Source: an uncultured Gemmatimonadales bacterium
GTDB lineage: Bacteria > Gemmatimonadota > Gemmatimonadetes > Gemmatimonadales > GWC2-71-9
NCBI GenBank assembly: GCA_963795085.1
Contig: CAWCFX010000003.1
Span: forward strand, 259,411 to 323,410
Direction: 5' to 3'
Length of the DNA: 64,000 nt
A program made the translations under genes and the position numbers. The notes beneath the pieces were generated by a model that saw only the letters and a list, made by a program, of their open reading frames with translations, had not been told where the DNA came from and did not search any database. Every line of letters starts with the position of its first letter. Position 1 is the first letter of the stretch. Shown here piece by piece: positions 1 through 9,295 of this stretch.

Positions 1-293
1 TCCAGCGCCAGCAACTCCCGGAACGGCCCCGCCGCCACTTCCCACACCGTCTCCTCATGCCCGAACGAGCGGTGTTGGTCCAGCACCGTCACGCGCAGCC
101 CGGAATCCCGCACCACCGAACCTCGGCTGGGTTCGAGGGTTCCCATGATGAGGTTGAAGAGCGTGGTTTTGCCGGATCCGTTGCGCCCCACGACGCCCCA
201 GCACTGGCGCCGCTCGACGGAGAAGGACACGTTCTCCAGGAGGGTGGTAGCCCCGAAGATGACGGCAACGCCGCTCAGTGCGAGCTGCGGCAT
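1..293 (-). CDS. ABC-F family ATPase (Uup/YheS/EttA-like), N-terminal part; gene continues past window start
   Basis: Reverse-strand translation from ATG (complement of 291-293) gives MPQLALSGVAVIFGATTLLENVSFSVERRQCWGVVGRNGSGKTTLFNLIMGTLEPSRGSVVRDSGLRVTVLDQHRSF... It has Walker A GRNGSGKTT and the layout typical of the first NBD of ABC-F proteins. It is truncated by the window edge, so it is absent from the ORF track. Confidence 0.75.
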   Translation of the reverse strand, partial: MPQLALSGVAVIFGATTLLENVSFSVERRQCWGVVGRNGSGKTTLFNLIMGTLEPSRGSVVRDSGLRVTVLDQHRSFGHEETVWEVAAGPFRELLAL

Positions 294-294
294 G

Positions 295-642
295 CTACTT
301 CCCCACCCACTGTTTCCAGGTGTCTTCCGCCAGCCCCACGGTGACCTGGTGCTGCTGCCGCACCAGCGGATTCACCAGCAGGCCCGGCTCATCGGCCAGT
401 TTCTCCAGCCAGCGATCCTCGGACAGGCGAGACGCGTGCAACCCCAGGTCGGCAAAGCGCCGCCCCCCCCGGTCCACCAGCGTCTCGACCCCGAACTTCT
501 GGGCAAACCGGCGAAGTTCGCCGATGGATGCCGCCCGCTCGGACAGGTCCACGAAATGCACCTTGACTCTCCGTTCCGCGAAGAACCGGAGCGCCTTTCT
601 GGTGTCGGGGTTTTTCTTGAAGCCGAAAATCTGGACGTCCAT
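295..642 (-). CDS. ArsC/Spx/YffB-fold family protein, Cys-less variant
   Basis: ORF 295..774. The internal Met at 642 gives MDVQIFGFKKNPDTRKALRFFAERRVKVHFVDLSER..., the beta-alpha-beta opening of the ArsC/YffB thioredoxin-fold family. The usual N-terminal Cys position reads KKNPDTRK. The stop lies 1 nt from the ABC-F start. The upstream 44 codons of the ORF look like non-coding extension. Confidence 0.6.
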   Translation of the reverse strand: MDVQIFGFKKNPDTRKALRFFAERRVKVHFVDLSERAASIGELRRFAQKFGVETLVDRGGRRFADLGLHASRLSEDRWLEKLADEPGLLVNPLVRQQHQVTVGLAEDTWKQWVGK

Positions 643-825
643 GCCGGAGCCGAGTGCCGGGAGCGGGGTGCAGGGGTGGTCGGGCCGGAAAGTAATCGCC
701 CCGCGCCACCGGTGAGAATGCCGCGACAGCCGCCGGCCAGGCGATAGGGGACAACCACTTAGCTCCCTGTGCAAGTCTCCCCCCTCCCCGCATCTCCTGC
801 CCGGTCGCCAAACCGGAGGATCCCC

Positions 826-3048
826 ATGCGCCCGATGCTCGTCGCCGCGGCTCTCGCCGCCAGTGTCACCGTCCCGCTCTCGGCCCAGGGATGGATCGAC
901 GTGGAACGCCGGCCCAATCTCACCCTGCCTGCCACCTCGGTGCTCCGGGTGAGCTCCCAGGTGCGGGTCCAGATCGAGGGCCGGGTTGCCCGGGTGGAAG
1001 TGGAGGAACAGTTTCGCAACAGCGGCAGCGGAATCGCCGAGGGCACCTACCTCTACCCCATGCCGGGCGAGGCCGTGTTCACCGATTTTTCGCTATGGAT
1101 GGGAGAACAGGAGGTCCGCGGCGAGATGATGCGGGCGGAGCAGGCGAGGGGTATCTATGAAGAGATCGTCCGCCGCCTCAAGGACCCTGCCCTGTTAACC
1201 CTCGAAGGACATGGTCTGATGCGCGCCCGGGTTTTCCCCATTCAGCCCGGAGAGACCCGGAAGGTCGTGCTCCGCTACACCCAGATGCTGGACCGGTCGG
1301 GTGACGCGTTGCGCCTTCGATACGCCATTGGCAGCCGCGACCGGGGGCGGGACCGGGGCCAGGGCGACGAAATCGCCGGCCAGTTCCGGGACCAGTTCTC
1401 CCTCCGGGTCACCCTGCCGGAGACCGCCGACCTGGGCACCCCGTACTCTCCCACCCACCAACTGACGACCCGGCGGATGGGTGAACGGCTCGTCGTTTCG
1501 CTGGACCCCGAGGCGTCCGGCGACGTCGAACTGTTCATTCCACTCCGCCGCGGCCTGGTCGGGACCAGCCTGGTCACCCACGCGCCCGGAAGCGAGCCCG
1601 GCTTCTTCATGCTGCTGCTGGCTCCACCGGGACGGGAAGAGGCCAGCGTCATTCCGCGGGATCTTTCCCTGGTCGTGGACGTATCGGGCTCGATGTCCGG
1701 TGACAAGATCGAACAAGCCCGGGCGGCAATTCTGCAGACCCTGGGCACGTTGCAGGCGACCGACCGCTTCCGCCTGGTCGCGTTCTCCTCAGCGGTGCGC
1801 AATTTCCGGCCGGGCTTCGTACCGGCGACCGCGGAGAACCTTTCCGCCGCCCGCCGCTTTGCCCAGAACCTGTCCGCCAACGGGGGCACCAATATTGAAG
1901 CCGCTCTCAATGCGGTATTGACCGAGACTGCCGCGGCAGAACGACTTTCCATCATCATCTTTCTCACCGACGGCATCCCCTCCGTCGGTGAGCAGGCGCC
2001 CGACCGGATCGCCGAAGCCGCCGGGAGCCGAATCGGCCAGAACCGGATCTTCACGGTGGGTGTCGGCCACGACGTGAACACGTATCTGCTCGACCGGCTG
2101 GCCCGGGAAGGGCGCGGTAGCGCCGCGTACGTGGCACCCGACGCGGACGTCGAGGTGGCGGTTGGCTCGCTGGCCGCCAAGATTCAACACCCGGCACTCG
2201 TCAACCTCCGGATCGTCGGCAGTCCCGTGCAGCTGGTCCAGTCCTTCCCCGCCACCCTGCCCGATCTGTTCTACGGCGAGGAGCTGGTGATCTTCGGGCG
2301 CTATCGTGGCACCGGGACCGGCAACGTGGTGGTCGAGGGGGAACGGAACGGGCGGCGGGAGCGCTTCACGGCCCGGGCCGTCTTTCCCCTCAGCGAAGAC
2401 GGCAACGAGTTCATACCCAAGCTCTGGGCCTCCCGGCGGATCGGCGAGTTGACCCGGCAGATCCGAATCGAAGGCGCGACCCCCGGTTTGATCGAGCAGG
2501 TGCGGGACCTGGGACTCCGCTATGGCATTCTGACGGAGTACACCTCCTATTTGGTGCTGGAGCCAGGCATGGGGGGTGACCGGCCGATGCGGGAGGAAGC
2601 CCGGGCAGGGGCTGGCGCCCCGGTCGCCGCGGCACCGAGACTGCAGACCGGGGCCAATGCCTTCGCCGCCGCCGATGCCAGCGCGAAGATGTCATCCGCG
2701 GGCACCGTCGCCGAAAGCGATCAGCTCGCCGAACGGCGGATGCGAGACCTGGGCAACGCCGGGTCCCAACCCCTGCGGCGGGCCGGTTCCAAGATGTTCC
2801 GGCTGGTGGGTTCGGTCTGGACCGATGTGGCCCACCGGGACAGCCTCGCGGTGATGGACGTCGCGCCCTTCAGCGACGCCTACTTCGCCCTGGTCCGGGC
2901 ACTGCCGGAACTGAGCCAGTACCTCACCGTTGGCGACGAGATACTGGTCGCCGGGCACCGGGGCAGTATCAGGATTTCCGCCGGCGGGAGAACCCAGTGG
3001 CCGTCCGGCCAGCTGGAACGGGTAGTCCAACTGTATCGGGGTCGATGA
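826..3048 (+). CDS. secreted VIT domain + von Willebrand factor type A (vWA) domain protein
   Basis: ORF 769..3048. ATG at 826 is preceded by GGAGGA (815-820). Signal peptide MRPMLVAAALAASVTVPLSAQG. VIT-like N-terminus (RVARVEVEEQFRN...GTYLYPMP...FSLWMGEQEVRGEMM). vWA MIDAS motif LVVDVSGSMSG, plus GGTNIEAAL and FLTDGIPS. Confidence 0.8.
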   Translation: MRPMLVAAALAASVTVPLSAQGWIDVERRPNLTLPATSVLRVSSQVRVQIEGRVARVEVEEQFRNSGSGIAEGTYLYPMPGEAVFTDFSLWMGEQEVRGEMMRAEQARGIYEEIVRRLKDPALLTLEGHGLMRARVFPIQPGETRKVVLRYTQMLDRSGDALRLRYAIGSRDRGRDRGQGDEIAGQFRDQFSLRVTLPETADLGTPYSPTHQLTTRRMGERLVVSLDPEASGDVELFIPLRRGLVGTSLVTHAPGSEPGFFMLLLAPPGREEASVIPRDLSLVVDVSGSMSGDKIEQARAAILQTLGTLQATDRFRLVAFSSAVRNFRPGFVPATAENLSAARRFAQNLSANGGTNIEAALNAVLTETAAAERLSIIIFLTDGIPSVGEQAPDRIAEAAGSRIGQNRIFTVGVGHDVNTYLLDRLAREGRGSAAYVAPDADVEVAVGSLAAKIQHPALVNLRIVGSPVQLVQSFPATLPDLFYGEELVIFGRYRGTGTGNVVVEGERNGRRERFTARAVFPLSEDGNEFIPKLWASRRIGELTRQIRIEGATPGLIEQVRDLGLRYGILTEYTSYLVLEPGMGGDRPMREEARAGAGAPVAAAPRLQTGANAFAAADASAKMSSAGTVAESDQLAERRMRDLGNAGSQPLRRAGSKMFRLVGSVWTDVAHRDSLAVMDVAPFSDAYFALVRALPELSQYLTVGDEILVAGHRGSIRISAGGRTQWPSGQLERVVQLYRGR

Positions 3049-3545
3049 GCCACGATCTGACCGAGCTGTATCACAGCTATCACGATTCGCTGGTCCGGAT
3101 GGTCTATCGCCGGACCGGCGATCGTGATCGCGCGGAAGACATTGCCCAGGAGACGTTCGCGCGGGCGATGACGGCGCCCCCGGACAACCCGCGCCCCTGG
3201 CTCTTTGCGGTGGCGCTCAACCTGGTGCGGGAGGATGGCCGGAAGTCGGTCCGGCAGGGCCGCCGGCTTCAGTTGTTGAAGGCCGAATCACCCCAATCCG
3301 CGCCGATGCCGGACGCGGAGTTTGACCGGGAGGAGCGCACCCGGTCGGTCCGCGCGGCGCTCGACCAGTTGTCGGAGCGCGACCGGGAGGTCCTGTTGCT
3401 CAAGGCCGAGGGATTCAACTACGACGAGATCGCCGCCACCCTGGGATTAGCCAAGGGGGCGATTGGAACGACCTTGGCGCGGGCGCGCCGCCGGCTGGTC
3501 GAGGCGTACCGCGCCGATGAGAAGGAGAATCATGCCGCATCTTGA
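3045..3545 (+). CDS. ECF-type RNA polymerase sigma-70 family factor
   Basis: MSHDLTELYHSYHDSLVRMVYRRTGDRDRAEDIAQETFARAM... (region 2) and SERDREVLLLKAEGFNYDEIAATLGLAKGAIGTTLARARRRL (region 4 HTH). The ATG at 3045 overlaps the vWA stop (ATGA). Confidence 0.85.
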   Translation: MSHDLTELYHSYHDSLVRMVYRRTGDRDRAEDIAQETFARAMTAPPDNPRPWLFAVALNLVREDGRKSVRQGRRLQLLKAESPQSAPMPDAEFDREERTRSVRAALDQLSERDREVLLLKAEGFNYDEIAATLGLAKGAIGTTLARARRRLVEAYRADEKENHAAS

Positions 3546-4569
3546 TGAAGGCCACCTGATGGCGCTGCTCGACGGCGAACTCGCCGCCCTGGAGGAGCAG
3601 GAGACCCACGCTCACCTGGCGGCCTGTCCGGAATGCCGTGCCCGGCTCCAGGAACTCAGGGGATTTATGGTCGAGGCCGATGGCCTGGTGGGGGGCATTA
3701 CGGTGCCCCCCGCTGCGTCCGCGCCGGCTGCCCCGGTAGCCGCGGGCAGCCGCCGCAGGCTCTCCCCACGGACACTCGCCTGGGCGGCGACGGTTGTGGC
3801 GGCTACCGGGCTGGGTTTCGCGGGGTCCAATCTGCTGAGAAGTCCCGCCACGGAGCCCGCACACCAGGTTTCCGAGGCCAACCGATCTGCCGCCTCCGCA
3901 CCGCCGGCCCCGGCAACCCAGTCTCCCGCCGCGGCGGCACCCCCGCTGGCTCCGCCGGAACAGGAACTTGCGGTCCGGCAGGTTCCCGCCCGCCGGCAGG
4001 ACGAATCAGCCTCCACCTCCGGCCTCGCGGTGGCGGAGACGGACGAGGCAGCCGACCGGGTGGCCGGACAGCGAGCGGGTGTCCAGGCCAACCAGACGCC
4101 GGTGGTAGGACGGATCGGGGAACCGGATACCCGGCCGCTCAGCCTGGCGCCCTCCGAGCCGCAGGCCTTTTCCGCCAAGTCGGCGGAACGCAGCCGCGCC
4201 GAGGCGCCGTCCTTGACGGCTCGCGATCAGGCTACCGTGACCATGGAGGAGGCGGTCCGAAGCCTTTCTGGGGTGATCCGGTTGATTGACGGTCTGACGC
4301 CCGAACAATTCGAGGTGACTGCAAACGATAGCATCACCCCATCCGTAAGGGTCACCTACCGGGTGGGTCCGGGTGAGACCCCCCTGATCCTGGAGCAGAG
4401 CCGCGGAGTCAGACGTACTCCGGATGATGCGGTCTCCGCCGGGGCAGCCATGGCCCCCGTTCAGAGTCCCAATCAGTTGGAGTGGAAGGACTTAGATGGT
4501 TTTTCCCTGCGGCTCATCGGAAATGTGAGCAAAGACTCGCTTAAACTCTTCAAGGCACGGGTAAAATAG
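3532..4569 (+). CDS. anti-sigma factor (zf-HC2 N-terminus, one TM helix, Pro/Ala-rich linker, C-terminal extracytoplasmic domain)
   Basis: ATG at 3532 follows GAAGGAGA and overlaps the sigma-gene 3' end. Opens MPHLDEGHLMALLDGELAALEEQETHAHLAACPECRARLQEL (H-x3-C-x2-C). TM segment LAWAATVVAATGLGFAGSNLL. Positioned directly after the ECF sigma gene. Confidence 0.7.
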   Translation: MPHLDEGHLMALLDGELAALEEQETHAHLAACPECRARLQELRGFMVEADGLVGGITVPPAASAPAAPVAAGSRRRLSPRTLAWAATVVAATGLGFAGSNLLRSPATEPAHQVSEANRSAASAPPAPATQSPAAAAPPLAPPEQELAVRQVPARRQDESASTSGLAVAETDEAADRVAGQRAGVQANQTPVVGRIGEPDTRPLSLAPSEPQAFSAKSAERSRAEAPSLTARDQATVTMEEAVRSLSGVIRLIDGLTPEQFEVTANDSITPSVRVTYRVGPGETPLILEQSRGVRRTPDDAVSAGAAMAPVQSPNQLEWKDLDGFSLRLIGNVSKDSLKLFKARVK

Positions 4570-4730
4570 GTCCCGAGGATTGGGACAAATTCCTGCAGCA
4601 CTTGGCTTTTCCTCACTTTACCTACCCCCCATGGCTCCATATATTGTAGCCGGGTCCGGCGGGGGGGTGGGTATTCGCCGGTTCGAGGCGGGAAAGTCTC
4701 CCGCATCATTCACTCAATCGGAGGTTCCTG

Positions 4731-5297
4731 ATGAAGCGGATCGTGAGAAGCGCTGCGGTTCTGGGCATGGTGGCCATGGTAAGTGTTGCATCCGCCCACG
4801 CGCAGGCTCCAGGTCGGGCCAGCTTCCATGTGGCTGGTGGCGTCACCCTCCCCATGGGTGATTTTGGGGATTTCTTTGGAACCGGGTTCCAGGGTCTGGC
4901 CGGCGTGAACTTCGGGCTGGGCAGCATTCCGTTCGCCCTTCGGGTGGACGGCTTCTATGGCCAGAACAGCGGCGATGAAGCCGTGACCGGTCCGGACGTG
5001 AAGGTCAAGATGTTCGGTGGCATGGCGGGTGGCCAGTTCAACTTCGGCTCCGCCGCTTCGCCGGTGAAGCCCTACATCCTGGCCCAGGTCGGCATGGTGA
5101 ACAACAAGGTCAGCGGCCCGGGTGGCAGCACCGACGGCGAGAGCGACTTCGCGTTCGGCGGCGGCGGCGGCGTCGGGTTCGGTCTCGGCTCCATGGCGGC
5201 GTTCGTGGAGGGCCAGTATGTCTCGGTCCAGACCGAGGGGAGCTCCAGCAACTTCATCGCGGCCCGCTTCGGCATTCGCTTCGGCGGCGGCATGTAA
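4731..5297 (+). CDS. outer-membrane beta-barrel protein (small porin / OmpA-N / OmpW-like family)
   Basis: GGAGG RBS. Signal peptide MKRIVRSAAVLGMVAMVSVASAHAQA. Gly-rich alternating amphipathic strands and a C-terminal aromatic motif (ARFGIRFGGGM). Followed by a strong terminator. Confidence 0.6.
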   Translation: MKRIVRSAAVLGMVAMVSVASAHAQAPGRASFHVAGGVTLPMGDFGDFFGTGFQGLAGVNFGLGSIPFALRVDGFYGQNSGDEAVTGPDVKVKMFGGMAGGQFNFGSAASPVKPYILAQVGMVNNKVSGPGGSTDGESDFAFGGGGGVGFGLGSMAAFVEGQYVSVQTEGSSSNFIAARFGIRFGGGM

Positions 5298-5313
5298 TTC
5301 GTGGCAGTACCAG

Positions 5314-5350
5314 AAAGGCCGGCATCGTCCAGATGCCGGCCTTTTCTTTT
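5314..5350 (+). terminator. Rho-independent terminator after the OM beta-barrel gene
   Basis: Perfect 10-bp stem GGCCGGCATC (5317-5326) / GATGCCGGCC (5332-5341), loop GTCCA, then TTTTCTTTT (5342-5350). Confidence 0.85.
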
Positions 5351-5373
5351 ATGGACCATCTCCCGAGGCATCC

Positions 5374-6936
5374 ATGCGCGGCCTGATGATGAACTACTTA
5401 CTCACCATCCCCGCACTGCTCCGCCGCTATTCCGCGCTCTACCCCGGCCGGGAGATCGTCAGTCTCGGGCCGGATGGGACAGCCATCCGGTCCACCGCGG
5501 CCGCCTGCGTCGAGCGGGCCCTCCGACTGGGGCGAGGGTTGCGGCAGTCCGGGTTGGCCCCCGGAGCGAAAGTGGCTACCCTGTGCTGGAACCATGCTCC
5601 GCATCTTGAGGCATACTTCGGGGTGCCCTCTGCCGGCCTGGTGCTGCACCCGCTGAACCCGCGCCTGCCGAGCGAAGATATCGAGTATATCATGCAGGAC
5701 GCGGGTGACGAAGTGGTCATCGTCGATGCCGACCTCGAGCCGCTCCTCGGCCGGTGGCCGGGGCGGCGCATCATCAACGGCGAAGGCCGGGCGTCTGCAC
5801 CAGAGTCGTACGAGTCATTGCTCGCCTCAGCTCGGCCCGACGACCCCTGCCCCGACCCTCCTGAATCTCATGCCGCGATCCTGGCCTACACATCCGGGAC
5901 GACGGGCCGGCCCAAGGGGGTCGCCATTTCCCACCGGGCAATCGTGCTGCACAGCCTGGGGACCGCCCTGCCCGATGGGTTCAACCTCGGCGAGCGGGAC
6001 ACCGTGCTGGCCGCGGTCCCCATGTTCCACGCCAATGCCTGGGGCCTGCCGTTCACGGCCGCCATGGTCGGCGCACGCCAGGTGCTGGTCCGGAATGCAT
6101 TCGACCCGGTGACCCTTCTCCGCATGATCGAAGCGGAGCGGGTAACCGTGGCAGCCGGAGTTCCCACGATCTGGCTCGGGGTACTGCGGGAACTGGAACA
6201 GAACCCGGGGCAATACGATATCGCGTCCCTCAACACCGTCATTGTCGGCGGCGGCGCTTGTCCGCCCGCCTTGATCAGGGCCTTCGAGGAACAGTACGAT
6301 GTCGCGGTCGTCACCTCCTGGGGCATGACCGAACTCTCGCCGGTCGGAACGGTCGGGCGGCCCGAGGTGACGCGCCCGGTTGCCGAGCGCTGCCGGCCGG
6401 GCCGCCCGCTTCCGCTGGTGGAGTTGCGAATCCGGCAGGATGGCCGCCTGATGCCGTGGGACGGGCAGTCCATGGGTGAACTGGAGGTTCGCGGGCCCTG
6501 GATCGCCATGGAGTATCACGGGGGGGCCGATCCTTCGGCCTTTACCGCCGACGGCTGGTTCCGAACCGGCGACATCGCCACCATAGACCGGTCCGGCGTG
6601 CTGGAAATTCGAGACCGGGCCAAGGACGTGATCAAGTCGGGCGGCGAATGGATCAGCTCGGTCGCGCTGGAACAGGCGCTGCTGGCCCATCCCGGCGTCG
6701 CCGATGCCGCGGTCATCGCGGTGCCCCATCCGCAATGGCAGGAACGCCCGCTGGCCATCATGGTCCTGCGGGAAGGCGCCGAAACAACCGGAGCCGACCT
6801 GAAGGCCAGCCTCGAGAAGCGATTCCCCTCCTGGTACTTGCCGGATGACTTTGTCTTCGTGCCGATGCTGCCGCGGACGGCAACGGGGAAAGTCCAGAAG
6901 GCGCTGTTGCGCCTGCAGTATGGCGGTCAGCGCTGA
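5374..6936 (+). CDS. AMP-dependent acyl-CoA synthetase (long/medium-chain fatty-acid--CoA ligase-like)
   Basis: Part of ORF 5122..6936; ATG at 5374 lies downstream of the terminator. AMP-binding motif YTSGTTGRPKGV, TGD motif (WFRTGDIA), C-terminal GKVQK. Confidence 0.85.
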   Translation: MRGLMMNYLLTIPALLRRYSALYPGREIVSLGPDGTAIRSTAAACVERALRLGRGLRQSGLAPGAKVATLCWNHAPHLEAYFGVPSAGLVLHPLNPRLPSEDIEYIMQDAGDEVVIVDADLEPLLGRWPGRRIINGEGRASAPESYESLLASARPDDPCPDPPESHAAILAYTSGTTGRPKGVAISHRAIVLHSLGTALPDGFNLGERDTVLAAVPMFHANAWGLPFTAAMVGARQVLVRNAFDPVTLLRMIEAERVTVAAGVPTIWLGVLRELEQNPGQYDIASLNTVIVGGGACPPALIRAFEEQYDVAVVTSWGMTELSPVGTVGRPEVTRPVAERCRPGRPLPLVELRIRQDGRLMPWDGQSMGELEVRGPWIAMEYHGGADPSAFTADGWFRTGDIATIDRSGVLEIRDRAKDVIKSGGEWISSVALEQALLAHPGVADAAVIAVPHPQWQERPLAIMVLREGAETTGADLKASLEKRFPSWYLPDDFVFVPMLPRTATGKVQKALLRLQYGGQR

Positions 6937-7529
6937 GGCTGCTGAGCGGGCACCGGGTTGGGAATGGGAGGAGGCGCGGATACGGTCACCGCGGGCATGT
7001 ACCCCGGAAGGGTCGAGCGTCCGGGACGGCAGGGGCGGCCCGCCCCGGGGATGTAGGCCACTTCGTTGCGGGGCTTGAGCACCACCTGGCCCCGCTGGAA
7101 CAGGGCGACCCGCCGAGCGCCGATCGGCGTCTGCAGCATGGTCTGGCCGGTGAGCACGAAGGAACTCCGGCCGGCGCGCCGCACGGAATGCGCGGCCAGC
7201 ACGACGGGGACCGTGAGCTTGGTGCTGTCCCGCGTCTGCAGCATGACGGGCTGCGCCATCCGTACTGAGCCCATGGTGTCGCCATTCATTTGCAGGGACA
7301 CTTCGAAGCCATCGGCCTGGATGGGGAAGTCGTTCCGGTTACAGGCGGTCAGCACCATCTCCAGGGTATCGGCCGGGTTTCCGCTGCCCCGAATGGTCAT
7401 TTCCGAGACCACGAACGTGGGGTCGTCGTACAGCCACCCGCCGAATGGCACACAGGCGGCGAGCCCGCATACGAGCAGACCTGCCGCCGTAAGCCCCGGC
7501 GGTATGAACGTGCGTCGGATGAATGTCAT
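6927..7529 (-). CDS. lipoprotein with LEA type-2 / WHy-like domain (tentative)
   Basis: ORF 6927..7586. Internal Met gives MTFIRRTFIPPGLTAAGLLVCGLAAC (lipobox-like LAAC). The following beta-rich segment (FVVSEMTIRGSG...FPIQADGFEVSLQMNGDTMG) resembles LEA_2/NDR1-HIN1 folds. Family call is from pattern recognition only. Confidence 0.45.
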   Translation of the reverse strand: MTFIRRTFIPPGLTAAGLLVCGLAACVPFGGWLYDDPTFVVSEMTIRGSGNPADTLEMVLTACNRNDFPIQADGFEVSLQMNGDTMGSVRMAQPVMLQTRDSTKLTVPVVLAAHSVRRAGRSSFVLTGQTMLQTPIGARRVALFQRGQVVLKPRNEVAYIPGAGRPCRPGRSTLPGYMPAVTVSAPPPIPNPVPAQQPQR

Positions 7530-7648
7530 CAGGCTGACAGGACCAATGATGGGTTGGGGTATGACGGCAAAATATAACCAGCCCACGGGATATACCTACT
7601 GGTGCACGTCGAACGGGATGGAGACGTCCCACGGCGCAACGCCTGCAC

Positions 7649-9202
7649 TCACTGCATCCCCTGCGCCACCGGGGCCCGCATCCGGTCCAGGCTTCGGTAC
7701 TGGATCGCCTCGCTGACATGTTCGGGGGCCAGGTCTTCGCTGGAGGCGAGATCGGCGACGGTGCGGGCGATCTTGAGGACGCGATGATAGGCGCGGGCCG
7801 ACAGCCCCAGCCGGGTGATGGCCTTCCGCAACAGGGTCTCGACCGGCTCGCTGAGCCGGCAATATCGGCGGAGATCACGCGAGGACATGTGGGCGTTGGC
7901 GTAGATTCCCGGCTGGCCGGTGAAGCGGGCACGTTGCAACCGGCGCGCCGCTTCGACCCGGCGACGAATGTCGGCGCTGCTTTCCTCGGCCTGATCGCCG
8001 GCCAGGTCGCGGTAGGCCACGGCGGGCACCGCGAGGTGGATGTCGATCCGGTCGAGCAGGGGGCCGGAGATCCGCGAGAGATAGCGTTCGACCGTCAATG
8101 CATCGCAGCGGCAGGTGTGCGTCGGGTCGCCGTGGTAGCCGCAGGGGCAGGGATTCATGGCTGCCGCGAGCATGAACCGGGCGGGATAGGTCAGGCTCAC
8201 CAACGCGCGGCTGAGGGTAACGACGCCATCCTCCATGGGCTGCCGCATGACCTCCAGGACGTTTTTGCGGAACTCGGGCAGCTCGTCGAGGAACAGGACG
8301 CCCCCGTGGGCGAGACTGACTTCGCCGGGCCGCGGGTTGGAGCCGCCGCCGATGAGGCCGGCATCGCTGATGGTGTGATGGGGCGCCCGGAAGGGCCGGG
8401 TGGCGCAGAGCGCCTTGCCGGAGGCAAGCACCCCGGCCACGCTGTGAATCTTGGTTGTCTCCAGCGCTTCATCCAGGCTCATGCTGGGAAGGATGGTCGG
8501 AAGCCGCCGGGCCAGCATCGTCTTTCCCGCTCCCGGCGGTCCCAGCAGCAGAATGTTGTGCCCTCCGGCCGCCGCCACCTCGAGGGCCCGCTTGGCGGCC
8601 GCCTGGCTGCGCACGTCCGAAAAATCCACGAGATCGTGGGACCGCTCCGCCATGAGCGCGGCGAGATCCACCTGGGCCGGTTCGATTGCCAACTCGCCGG
8701 TAAGATGGCGGCAGACCTCCGTCAGGGTGCGGGCGCCGCGAACCTCGAGCCCCTCCACCACCGCGGCTTCAGGGACGTTGTGATGGGGCAGGATAATCCC
8801 CCGGCAGCCCGCGGTACGGGCCGCGACGGCCATGGACAGGGCGCCCCGCACCGGCCGCAGGTCTCCCTCCAGCCCGACCTCGCCCAGGATGAAATGCTCC
8901 CGCAGGATGTCAGCGGGGAAATGGCCGCTGGCCGCGAGGATCCCAATCGCGATGGGGAGGTCGAACGCCGAGCCGTCCTTGCGGACATCGGCCGGGGCGA
9001 GATTCACGGTGATGCGCTTGAGGGGAAAGGCGAGGCCGGCGTTGCTGAGCGCGGCGGCGACCCGCTCGCGCCCTTCTTTTACCGCGCCATGGGGCAGTCC
9101 AACGGTGGAGAACGATGGCAGGCCATTGGCGATGTCCACCTCGACATCGACGGGGTAGGCCTCGATGCCCAGGACGGCGGCGGATCGGATACGGGCAAGC
9201 AT
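7649..9202 (-). CDS. comM: YifB/ComM family Mg-chelatase-like AAA+ ATPase
   Basis: 517-aa ORF. Opens MLARIRSAAVLGIEAYPVDVEVDIANGLPSFSTVGLP... Walker A GPPGAGKTM, VLFLDELPEF, and a C-terminal ChlI-like region. Full-length match to the family architecture. Confidence 0.9.
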   Translation of the reverse strand: MLARIRSAAVLGIEAYPVDVEVDIANGLPSFSTVGLPHGAVKEGRERVAAALSNAGLAFPLKRITVNLAPADVRKDGSAFDLPIAIGILAASGHFPADILREHFILGEVGLEGDLRPVRGALSMAVAARTAGCRGIILPHHNVPEAAVVEGLEVRGARTLTEVCRHLTGELAIEPAQVDLAALMAERSHDLVDFSDVRSQAAAKRALEVAAAGGHNILLLGPPGAGKTMLARRLPTILPSMSLDEALETTKIHSVAGVLASGKALCATRPFRAPHHTISDAGLIGGGSNPRPGEVSLAHGGVLFLDELPEFRKNVLEVMRQPMEDGVVTLSRALVSLTYPARFMLAAAMNPCPCGYHGDPTHTCRCDALTVERYLSRISGPLLDRIDIHLAVPAVAYRDLAGDQAEESSADIRRRVEAARRLQRARFTGQPGIYANAHMSSRDLRRYCRLSEPVETLLRKAITRLGLSARAYHRVLKIARTVADLASSEDLAPEHVSEAIQYRSLDRMRAPVAQGMQ

Positions 9203-9295
9203 GGGACCACGATAGCACGAACCCGGGGCCGGTCGTCACCCGAAAAGCCCGATCGTCGCCCGGGAAAACGCGGTTCTCAGCCAGCGGTCAGGTGG

